Of a stretch of 32,000 bases of DNA, positions 8,420-16,425 are shown one piece after another. Position numbers and translations under genes: made by a program. Below the pieces are notes generated by a model. It was not told where the DNA came from. It made no database searches and saw only the letters and a list, made by a program, of their open reading frames with translations. Positions within the stretch are counted from its first letter, which is position 1; each line of letters starts with the position of its first letter. Source of the DNA: an uncultured bacterium (GTDB lineage Bacteria > GCA-001730085); NCBI GenBank assembly GCA_964565945.1, contig CAZMGY010000005.1, positions 18,886 to 50,885 of the forward strand, in the 5' to 3' direction.

Positions 8420-8791
8420 ATGAGACCTATGAAAGAAAAAAGAGAGTATCCTCGAGTTCGTGGTGATTTGGAATGGTTATTTGTGGTTCAGATTACAGCT
8501 GAACACAGTTCTGTGATTACGGAGACAAAAGATATTAGTTGTTCTGGAATCAAATGTTGTGTTGATGATTTTTTTCCCGAAAATAAAGAAGTCGAGATTG
8601 TGTTGCTTTTGCCTCTGACAGAAAAAGGACTCATTTTCGAAAAGGTTAAATGCCAGGCTAAAACCATTCGTTGCGTGGGTGTCCGTAAAGAAAACAAAAA
8701 CGCTTACGCAACAGCTTTTAGTTTTATTGATCTTAAAGACGCGGATCGAAAAAAAATTGATCAGTATGTTATGCATGCTCAAGAAATCTAA
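8420..8791 (+). CDS. PilZ domain protein (putative c-di-GMP receptor)
   Basis: 123 aa. Both PilZ signatures are present: RxxxR as REYPR near the N-terminus and DxSxxG as DISCSG. The second ATG at 8429 has better spacing to AAGGA (8416-8420) and may be the true start. Confidence 0.8.
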   Translation: MRPMKEKREYPRVRGDLEWLFVVQITAEHSSVITETKDISCSGIKCCVDDFFPENKEVEIVLLLPLTEKGLIFEKVKCQAKTIRCVGVRKENKNAYATAFSFIDLKDADRKKIDQYVMHAQEI

Positions 8792-9218
8792 AAGCCAGCA
8801 AAATCCGTGGTATCATAAAGGCCTTCATTTTGATTGTCATCGCTGTGGTTATTGTTGCACCTTTCCTGGTGGCTATGTATGGCTTTCTCTAGAAGAAATT
8901 CAAATTTTGGCCGATCACTTGGCTCTATCGCTTGAAAAGTTTGGTCAAAAATATTTACGTTTGTTTCGTGGACGCTATAGCTTAGTTGAAAAATCTAATG
9001 AACATTGTATCTTTTATGAGGATGGTGGGTGTTCGGTGTATCATTTGCGTCCAGCACAGTGCCAAACTTTTCCGTTTTGGCCCGAAAACTTAGACAGTCC
9101 CGAATCTTGGAAGGCCTTGGGAAAAACCTGTCAGGGTGTGGATCAAGATAAACTACGATCTTGCGAAGAGATTAGCGAAACCTTAAATCGTCAAATAGAG
9201 AGCGAACAAAACCTCTAG
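8766..9218 (+). CDS. YkgJ/UPF0153-family Cys-cluster (putative Zn/Fe-binding) protein
   Basis: The CxxCxxCC motif (CHRCGYCC) is followed by CIFYEDGGCSVYHLRPAQCQTFPFWP, typical of this family. The track ORF starts at 8679 inside pilZ. I place the start at ATG 8766 (or 8775), which overlaps the end of pilZ by 26 (or 17) nt. No obvious SD. Confidence 0.7.
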   Translation: MLCMLKKSKSQQNPWYHKGLHFDCHRCGYCCTFPGGYVWLSLEEIQILADHLALSLEKFGQKYLRLFRGRYSLVEKSNEHCIFYEDGGCSVYHLRPAQCQTFPFWPENLDSPESWKALGKTCQGVDQDKLRSCEEISETLNRQIESEQNL

Positions 9219-9225
9219 AGTGGCT

Positions 9226-9813
9226 TTAGGAGGATATGAAAGGGGTTTGTTTGAGTGCTTCGAGTGCGGAAAGATTTTTGAAGGCCCGTTGGATATCGGC
9301 ATCTTGAGGAGCTAGTGCTTTTAATTTGTTCAGCGTTGTTTTGGCTTCTTGCAGTTGCCCTTGTTTGATATAAATTTCACCAATTTGCTTAAGGGCTTTA
9401 ATATTGACTGGGTCGATGAGTAGAATTTCTTGCAAGTAAGTGAGAATTTCTTTGGGTTTATTCTGACGGTTTAACAGAGCAATGAGTTGCCAGTAATAAC
9501 CTGTTTGTAAGGGGAAATGCTGAATTAGGTGGGTGTAAATTGACTGAGATTTGCGATTGTCCTCAATGAGAAATACAAAAAGCCCGTAGGTCTTAAGATG
9601 GAAGGTGAAGATATGTTTTAAGCTATAAGCTATCAGCGATGTTTTTTTAAGTTGAGCATTTTTGATGCGACAAACATGCTGGTAGTGACGAATGCGACCA
9701 TCTTGAGGGTGCGAGTGTGTTAGCCCATCAAGCAGGTTTTGTGCATAAGCATACTCGTGATTTTCGAAGAGCTTAAGAGCCTTACTTAAGGTGTCGGAAT
9801 GATGATTGTTCAT
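9226..9813 (-). CDS. TPR-repeat protein, function unknown
   Basis: 195 aa. The C-terminal half has TPR-like helical repeats (YWQLIALLNRQNKPKEILTYLQEILLIDPVNIKALKQIGEIYIKQGQLQEAKTTLNKLKALAP). AGGA lies 7 nt upstream of the ATG. It converges on ykgJ with only 7 nt between the stop codons. Confidence 0.65.
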   Translation of the reverse strand: MNNHHSDTLSKALKLFENHEYAYAQNLLDGLTHSHPQDGRIRHYQHVCRIKNAQLKKTSLIAYSLKHIFTFHLKTYGLFVFLIEDNRKSQSIYTHLIQHFPLQTGYYWQLIALLNRQNKPKEILTYLQEILLIDPVNIKALKQIGEIYIKQGQLQEAKTTLNKLKALAPQDADIQRAFKNLSALEALKQTPFISS

Positions 9814-9947
9814 GGAAGCATCCTAGCAAGACTTGAATTTAAGAGTCAATGTCTTTTTCAATATCCCTTATGGTTATGTGTCGTGCAGGTCATTCGCGGG
9901 AAAGAGCTGGAAAGGTTATAATGGAAGTTTAAGGAGAAACTAAAGCG

Positions 9948-12900
9948 ATGCATAAAGATGTTGTGTGCGAACAGTTAAAAGTATCGGCCAGTCAGCAAGA
10001 CCGAGCCCTATCTCTGATCGAGAAGCATTGCGAACGTATGCCACAAACGTATTTTAATCAATTTTCTTTGCCCGATATTCGATTACATTTGGATCTTGTT
10101 CAAAAATTGCTGGATGGAGATTTACTTGAATATCAATGGTCGAAGATGGCAGAAGTCAAATGTTTCGAATTAATTTTAGTGGCCTATGACTATTCTTGGC
10201 TGATGGTGGCGTTAACGGGGTATTTGGCTTTGTATGGATTTGATATTCGCACAGGACATGTGTTTACCTATCGTGAAGCTGCTCCATCAGACGAACAATC
10301 CTACTATGAACAACGTAAAAAAGTTGTCGATGTTCTCGAAGTGGTTTATGAAGGCTCCAGTGACGATGTGGCAAAGGCGCAAAAAGCTTTCGAGGACGAC
10401 CTGAAAGCTTTTTTTTATGAGGTTGACGCGCATAAACTTAATGAATTTCGTTTAAGGCTAATGAGACAAGTGGGGGAGTTTTTGGAGAAACAAGAGGTCC
10501 GAAAGCAGCCGTTATTCCCGATAGATATTGACGTTGATATTGATTCTGGTGCAATCATGCTAGCGATTAAAGGCAAGGATACACCATTTTTCTTATTCAC
10601 GTTGTCGTTAGCTTTAAGCACGCAAAATATTGAAATTGTCGAAATTGCGATCAACACGCAAAATGATCATGTCGAAGATATCTTGACGGTCCATGACCGA
10701 AGTGGTCGTTTGTCCAAGGATGTGAATTATCTGAATTGCTTTAAAGTGGTAGTAGCTTTAGTGAAGCATTTTACCTATTTGTTGCCCCTGGCAACCGATT
10801 ATCACAAAGCTTTTCATCACTTTGAATTATTTATCGATAAGTTGCTTAAATCAGATGAGTCGATGGATGATGTGATGCAATGGCATCAATCGGATGCCTT
10901 GGGATCGTTTGCTGCTATTTTTGGGTCGGGGTCTCATATGTGGGAACAGTTTTTAAAAATCCAACACAAGACCTTTGGGCCCTTTTTTCGCACCGAATCA
11001 TGGGCTGTGCGCAGTGATTCTTTTGAAGAGGATTATCATGAACTTTCTGAACGCTTGAAGGATTGCAAAGATACCGATACGTATGTGGATCAGGTGAATC
11101 AATTCAAAGATTCGCAGTTGTTTCAGTTAGATATGTGCCATTTGGTGTATCCGCACTATTCTTTTCGAGATTTTGGGTCCGACCTGAGTCGCCTGGCACA
11201 GAATGTGTTAATCTTAATGGCGCAGCGATTGTATCAGGATATATGTCAGGCTGAGGGCATGCCGCAGTTTGAAGGGCATGAGTGTGGGTATGCGTTGATG
11301 CGTTTAGGCAAGTGGGGTGGAGATGAGTTGGGCTATGCCTCCGACTTAGAGATGATTATGATTTATGAGGGTTATGGTTGGACAGATTCTAAGAGCCAGG
11401 TATCGAATCAAGAATTTTTTAATCTTTTGATGCAAAAAATCAAAGAGTCTGTGCACGTTAAGGCGCAAGGTATTTTTGAACTCGATTTGCGTTTGCGACC
11501 CGATGGCCAAAAAGGTCCCCTGTCGACGAGTTTTAAGCGTTGGAATGAATATTACCAAAAAGGACAGGCTCATGCTTATGAGGTTCAGTCCTTGGTTAAA
11601 ATGGATCACATTTATGGATTACGAGAATTGATTGAACAAATCTTGCAAAGTCGTGATGATATTGTTTATGCCGACGAAAACATTCCTTTGCAAGATTTAC
11701 TGGATTTGCGCATGCAACAGAAAGACGAGTTGGTCAAACCTGGGCACATTAATGCCAAGTTTTCATTGGGGGGTTTGGTCGATATTGAATATGCTGTTCA
11801 AATGTTGCAGATGAAGCATGGGGCGAAGCACCCCTCAGTGAGAACGCCTCGAACACTTAAAGCTATGGGGCGTCTGTTGGAGGAAGGTTTGTTGAAGCCG
11901 TCCGATTATGAGCACATTTCCAATGCCTATTCTTTTTTTCGCCGTTTGATTAATGCTTTGCGCATGGTGCGGGGACATGCCAAAGATTTGCTTGCACCTG
12001 CTCTTGACAGTGATGAGTTTCTGTTTTTGGCGCGTCGGATGAAGTATAAAGATCAAGGTCAAAATACAATGAAAGACCAGCTACAGCAAGATATTACGGA
12101 CTATATGAATCAGGTTCAGCGATTTTTTAATCGTAGTTTTGTTGATGATGAGGATGTGAGTCTCAATGAAATTACGGTTTCGGACTTGGTGGTCCGTTGC
12201 GAAATTAACGAAGAAGATGTTCATAAAGTGCTCGAACCTTATGGGTTTAGTCGTGTGATCGATGTGTACAAATCGATGCGGAGAACCTATCAGTTGGTTG
12301 AGCATCGGAATCACTTTATCGCTTTATTGCTAATGGTGTTGCGTCAGCTCGAAGGTTCACCCGATCCCGATCGTGTGATATTTAATTTTGAACACTTATT
12401 TTCTAAGTCGTCTGTAGATTTGTTTCGCGAGTGTTTTTATGATCCCAAAGTTTTGGACTTGATTATTGCTGTTTTTGGGCATAGTGAGTTTTTATCGCAG
12501 ATATTGATTCAAGATCCTTTGGCTATGGATGAAGTATTTCAAATGGAATCTCGCAGTGCTTTTCAAAATCGTCAAGAACTGGAAGCTGAATGGGAGGCTG
12601 TTTTGCGTGAACATGCCGATATTCATGCCTTTTTTGATACTTTGCGACAGTTTCGTAATCGAGTGATTCTGCGGATTGGCATGAGAGACTTTTTTGCACG
12701 TGCTGAATTTATACGGGTGATTCAAGAAGTCTCGGAATTAGCCGACATGATTATTGATTTGGCGTTTAAACGTATTTTATTAGAGCATAATGTGAGCCAT
12801 TTGTATGACGCGCAGGTGATTATCGCTTTAGGGAAAATGGGTGGTAAAGAGCTTAACTATAGTTCGGATATTGATTTACTTTTTGCTATTCATGATGATG

Positions 12901-13661
12901 TGAGCGAAGATGATCGCCAAACCTTACTTAAAGTGAGTCAAGAGCTTATCACACATATAATGGCTAGTAGCCCTTATTTTCAGTTGTATCGGATCGATAT
13001 GCGATTAAGACCTCATGGAATCTCGGGGTCTTTGGTGGTCAAAAAAAGTGTCTATCAAAAATACTGCAAAAAAGAGGCTCATGGCTGGGAGTTGCAAGCG
13101 TGGGTAAAGGCGCGCCCTATTGCTGGAGCCACCCGTTTGGGAGAGAGCTTGGTTAAAGCTTTTCAGGAACTTTTGTTTGAACCCGATCGGCGAGATATGA
13201 TTTATGCCAGTATGGATAAAATGAGAAATCAAAAAATAAAGATGTTAGAGAAAGAGGGTACTCTGGAACGTGATGTTAAATCAGGACTGGGGGGGATTAG
13301 GAGCATTGAGTTCTATTTACAACGTTTGCAGGTGAAGTGGGCGAGCAAATATCCCGACCTTGTTTCGGGTCATTCGCTTTATGTGTTAGGGTGCTTAGCA
13401 CAACATAACATTGTCGATCCTCTTAAAGTTCAGGTGATGCATAACGATTATATTTTCTTAAGGCGAATTGAGCATTGCTTGCAGCTTTTAGGTATGCAAC
13501 AAACCCATTTAATGCCCGAAAATGATATTGAATTACTTAAGTTGGCTAAGCGGATGGGGTATGCCGATGTGCTCGAAACGACGGCTCAAGAATTTTTTTT
13601 GCGAGACTTTCATGACATTTGGGAAAGAGTGAAAGCTCTGGGGGAGGAATCCCGCGATTAA
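9948..13661 (+). CDS. glnE: Bifunctional glutamine synthetase adenylyltransferase / adenylyl-removing enzyme (GlnE) with an N-terminal extension of about 300 aa containing two ACT-like repeats
   Basis: 1237 aa. There are two GlnE-type nucleotidyltransferase motifs about 500 aa apart: LGKWGGDELGYASDLEMIMIY (~aa 453-473) and LGKMGGKELNYSSDIDLLFAI. Each is followed by D(L/M)RLRP(D/H)G...E(V/L)Q(S/A). The SD AAGGAG is upstream. The N-terminal extension has FELILVAYDYSWLMVALTGYLALYGFDIRTGHVFT and IMLAIKGKDTPFFLFTLSLALSTQNIEIVEIAINT. Confidence 0.88.
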   Translation: MHKDVVCEQLKVSASQQDRALSLIEKHCERMPQTYFNQFSLPDIRLHLDLVQKLLDGDLLEYQWSKMAEVKCFELILVAYDYSWLMVALTGYLALYGFDIRTGHVFTYREAAPSDEQSYYEQRKKVVDVLEVVYEGSSDDVAKAQKAFEDDLKAFFYEVDAHKLNEFRLRLMRQVGEFLEKQEVRKQPLFPIDIDVDIDSGAIMLAIKGKDTPFFLFTLSLALSTQNIEIVEIAINTQNDHVEDILTVHDRSGRLSKDVNYLNCFKVVVALVKHFTYLLPLATDYHKAFHHFELFIDKLLKSDESMDDVMQWHQSDALGSFAAIFGSGSHMWEQFLKIQHKTFGPFFRTESWAVRSDSFEEDYHELSERLKDCKDTDTYVDQVNQFKDSQLFQLDMCHLVYPHYSFRDFGSDLSRLAQNVLILMAQRLYQDICQAEGMPQFEGHECGYALMRLGKWGGDELGYASDLEMIMIYEGYGWTDSKSQVSNQEFFNLLMQKIKESVHVKAQGIFELDLRLRPDGQKGPLSTSFKRWNEYYQKGQAHAYEVQSLVKMDHIYGLRELIEQILQSRDDIVYADENIPLQDLLDLRMQQKDELVKPGHINAKFSLGGLVDIEYAVQMLQMKHGAKHPSVRTPRTLKAMGRLLEEGLLKPSDYEHISNAYSFFRRLINALRMVRGHAKDLLAPALDSDEFLFLARRMKYKDQGQNTMKDQLQQDITDYMNQVQRFFNRSFVDDEDVSLNEITVSDLVVRCEINEEDVHKVLEPYGFSRVIDVYKSMRRTYQLVEHRNHFIALLLMVLRQLEGSPDPDRVIFNFEHLFSKSSVDLFRECFYDPKVLDLIIAVFGHSEFLSQILIQDPLAMDEVFQMESRSAFQNRQELEAEWEAVLREHADIHAFFDTLRQFRNRVILRIGMRDFFARAEFIRVIQEVSELADMIIDLAFKRILLEHNVSHLYDAQVIIALGKMGGKELNYSSDIDLLFAIHDDVSEDDRQTLLKVSQELITHIMASSPYFQLYRIDMRLRPHGISGSLVVKKSVYQKYCKKEAHGWELQAWVKARPIAGATRLGESLVKAFQELLFEPDRRDMIYASMDKMRNQKIKMLEKEGTLERDVKSGLGGIRSIEFYLQRLQVKWASKYPDLVSGHSLYVLGCLAQHNIVDPLKVQVMHNDYIFLRRIEHCLQLLGMQQTHLMPENDIELLKLAKRMGYADVLETTAQEFFLRDFHDIWERVKALGEESRD

Positions 13662-13746
13662 GTCGCAGGATACAGGGTGTTGATTTGAGAAGATTAAAAG
13701 ACGAAAATTTGCTACTCTTTAAACAGATGAAGGTAGGGGGGGCGTT

Positions 13747-13899
13747 ATGACTAAACAGAATATTGTGATCAAAGAGAAAATTGAACAGATGTTTCTTGGA
13801 CACAATAGTCGTCTGATGATGTTGCTTAAGGATTTAGCTCTTAAGACGAAAGCGATCCCCGTCGAAAACAACACTGAAACTCAAGGAGATATCTCGTGA
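13747..13899 (+). CDS. Candidate small ORF (50 aa), function unknown, translationally coupled to the HDOD gene
   Basis: It falls below the length cut-off of the ORF track. The ATG at 13747 lies 4 nt downstream of a purine-rich GGTAGGGGGGG tract. It encodes MTKQNIVIKEKIEQMFLGHNSRLMMLLKDLALKTKAIPVENNTETQGDIS. Its TGA (13897-13899) overlaps the GTG start (13896-13898) of the next gene as GTGA. I recognise no homology, so it could be a non-coding leader. Confidence 0.3.
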   Translation: MTKQNIVIKEKIEQMFLGHNSRLMMLLKDLALKTKAIPVENNTETQGDIS

Positions 13900-14759
13900 A
13901 GGTGTCTTCGGATTTGCAAGTGTTGATTGAGTCTGCTAAAAATGTTCCGCAAGGCTCGGATTTTTTGCAGAAAATCAAAGTTGTTTTACAGGAAGATCCC
14001 ACTGATATTTCGCGACTGTCGTTGGTGTTTAAGATTGGAGTACCTTATGAAAATAAAATGTTGCGCCTTATCAATTCAAAGTTTTTTGGTTTTCGTCAGA
14101 CCGTCAGTCACTTAGATCAGGCGGCGACGTATTTAGGTGTTTATGGAATATATCAAATAACTTTGTTGTGTGAGCTCTTTCAAACGTTTGGACCTACGTC
14201 TCAGACCGACTTAAGCCGGGAGGGCTTTTGGCGTCATAGTTTTGCTTGTGCCCTTGCTACCCAGGAACTGGCGCGATACATGGGCTACCCTCAATTGAGA
14301 GAGGCTTTTATGGCGGGTGCGTTACACGATATTGGCAAGCTGTTTTGGGATCAGTTTCTAACCAGAGACTTTCAGCGCATTTTGTCACGTGTGCGTGAAA
14401 AAGATACTCTGATTATTGAGGTAGAGCAGGAGCTTATGAATGTGACGCATGCCGAGTTAGGGGCTTGGTTGTTGCATCATTGGGATGTGTTTCCTATTTG
14501 GGAGGGAGCTATTTTGCATCATCATAACCCCGAGTTGCATATGAACCAGGATCCGTTAGTGGCCATGGTGCATGTGGCCGATATTTTGGTTCGTTCGCTG
14601 CTTATCGGAGATCCTGGTGATGAAAAAATTTCAGCCATTCACCATGGCGCTTTTGAATTATGTCAATTAACGCCTGCACACCTTGAGTTTATTCTCAAGC
14701 AAGTCGATCAGCAGGTGTCTCAGGTGGACGCTTTTATAGAAATTGCGTTGAAGTCTTAA
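13896..14759 (+). CDS. HDOD domain signalling protein
   Basis: 287 aa. The HDOD pattern is LRLINSKFFGF...V.HLDQAATYLG followed by the HD-like GALHDIGKLFW and HAELGAWLLHHW. It uses a GTG start with AAGGAG 7 nt upstream. Confidence 0.85.
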   Translation: MKVSSDLQVLIESAKNVPQGSDFLQKIKVVLQEDPTDISRLSLVFKIGVPYENKMLRLINSKFFGFRQTVSHLDQAATYLGVYGIYQITLLCELFQTFGPTSQTDLSREGFWRHSFACALATQELARYMGYPQLREAFMAGALHDIGKLFWDQFLTRDFQRILSRVREKDTLIIEVEQELMNVTHAELGAWLLHHWDVFPIWEGAILHHHNPELHMNQDPLVAMVHVADILVRSLLIGDPGDEKISAIHHGAFELCQLTPAHLEFILKQVDQQVSQVDAFIEIALKS

Positions 14760-16279
14760 TGATATTTGCGTTTCCTTTAATTGTAACGGCACTTGTTGCG
14801 GGGTGTGTGATTCCCTTTGCGCCAGCTCTTTGGATGCAGATGGCTTTAGGCAGTAGCTGTGGTTGCGTGGGGGGGGTTTTGGTTTGGAGACATAAAACCC
14901 AAAAGGCCTTCTTGTTTTTGATTCTTCTGGGTTTGGGCTGTGGTTGGCTGATAGGGCAAGCCATGGAGCAGCGTTATCAGGATTTGGAGGCTTTGTCGAA
15001 GGCATTGCAGCAAGAATCGAAAATTCTTGTGAGAGGTGTGATCAAAGAGTCTGTCGTTGATGCGACCCAGGGGTATGTGACCTTAGCTGCCCAACAGATT
15101 TATCTAAAGACACGAGGTAGTGTGGTGGAGTGGAGAGAACCTTTGATTGCCTTACGTTTACCCAAAGAGAAAGTGTCCGCCTGGCAGCGCGGTGATGAGC
15201 TGTTGTTTTTAGGGCATGTGGAGGCGCGATCGAAAGATAATGCGAGTTACCATTGCTACCTGTTACGTCATCGCATTGTGGCACAGATGCGTTCTGTCCA
15301 AACTTATTATCATCAGCCGAAGCTGGCCCGAAGCTTGGGCGATACGCTATGGCGGGTTCGCTACAGAGCTTTGCATTGGCTCGATGAGGACAAAGCGACT
15401 CTTGGGCATGATCATGTGGAGATTTTGAAGGCTTGGCTTTTAGGTGTGCGTCAGGGGCTTGATCCTGAACTCAAAAAGGCTTTTCGAAAAAGCGGGACAT
15501 ATCACATGTTTGCTATTTCGGGCATGCATGTGATGTTGTTTTATAGTTTTGTGATGATTGTTTTGTTAGCGTTAAGGTGTCCCTGGCCTTTGGCGGTTTT
15601 AGTGATGATGCTTGCTTTGGCGATGCTAGTGATGATCACGGGAGCAAGTTCTTCTGTGATGCGAGCGAGCTTGATGGTGGTGATTGCTTTAGGCGCGCGG
15701 AGCATGGGGCGTGCTTTGCGAATAGAAACTATTTTTTGGATGGCTCTGCTGATCCTTATAGTGATTAACCCGTTTCAGTTGATGCAATTGGGTTTTCAGA
15801 TGTCGTTTTTGGCTGTGGCTGTGATTGTCATAACGCTTAAGCTCCTCAAGCTATGGAAACGCTCTCGATGGCCAATTTGGCTGAAAAATGGTAGTGATGT
15901 TTGGGCCGTCTCGTGTGCTTTGCTTGTTGGAATGGCTCCTGTTATGGCCGCTACGTTTGGCTATGTGGTTTGTTTGAGTCCTTTGAGTAACCTGTGCGTG
16001 GCACCGCTTATGACTTTGGGGATGTGTGGCGGTTTGGGTGTATTGCTTAGCCGGGCCTTGGGTTTAGATCCTCTGATGGGGTGGCTTTCCTGGCTCACAG
16101 GTTCTGTGGTTTTGAAAAATTTGGTAGCGATTGTTGAGTTTTGGGCCCAGTGGGAGCCTTGGTTTGTGACGCTGAAATCCATTTATTTAGTATCTTATTA
16201 TTTTTTAATAATGTTTATTATTGTTTGGTTGTCAGGATCATCAAATGGCTATGGATTTCGCGATCAAGCTGTGGGTTGA
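14759..16279 (+). CDS. comEC: ComEC/Rec2-family DNA internalisation channel protein (competence domain only; no metallo-beta-lactamase domain)
   Basis: 506 aa and polytopic. It has a DUF4131-like N-terminal part and the competence-domain motif FRKSGTYHMFAISGMHV. Its ATG overlaps the HDOD stop codon as TAATG. Confidence 0.85.
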   Translation: MIFAFPLIVTALVAGCVIPFAPALWMQMALGSSCGCVGGVLVWRHKTQKAFLFLILLGLGCGWLIGQAMEQRYQDLEALSKALQQESKILVRGVIKESVVDATQGYVTLAAQQIYLKTRGSVVEWREPLIALRLPKEKVSAWQRGDELLFLGHVEARSKDNASYHCYLLRHRIVAQMRSVQTYYHQPKLARSLGDTLWRVRYRALHWLDEDKATLGHDHVEILKAWLLGVRQGLDPELKKAFRKSGTYHMFAISGMHVMLFYSFVMIVLLALRCPWPLAVLVMMLALAMLVMITGASSSVMRASLMVVIALGARSMGRALRIETIFWMALLILIVINPFQLMQLGFQMSFLAVAVIVITLKLLKLWKRSRWPIWLKNGSDVWAVSCALLVGMAPVMAATFGYVVCLSPLSNLCVAPLMTLGMCGGLGVLLSRALGLDPLMGWLSWLTGSVVLKNLVAIVEFWAQWEPWFVTLKSIYLVSYYFLIMFIIVWLSGSSNGYGFRDQAVG

Positions 16280-16335
16280 CGAGAGGTTAGGTGTGCTGAC
16301 AAAGAGGCAGGTGGGATGATACCTTAGGGCGTCAA

Positions 16336-16364
16336 TTGACAGAAAAGTCGAAAGGTTCTATAAT
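16336..16364 (+). promoter_or_regulatory. Exact-consensus sigma70 promoter upstream of rng
   Basis: TTGACA (16336-16341), a 17-nt spacer (16342-16358), then TATAAT (16359-16364). The predicted transcription start near 16371 gives a leader of about 55 nt before the ATG at 16426. Confidence 0.6.
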
Positions 16365-16425
16365 AACTCTTTTGTATCATTGGGGTTAACCTTATGCGTG
16401 TTGTAGTGGGAAAGATATTATTATT

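Noticed and set aside
9203-9250. Possible bidirectional terminator hairpin between convergent ykgJ and the TPR gene (aacaaaacc ... ggggtttgtt)
   Set aside because: The arms pair imperfectly with an internal mismatch, the loop would be about 25-30 nt, and both arms lie in coding sequence. This is not convincing.
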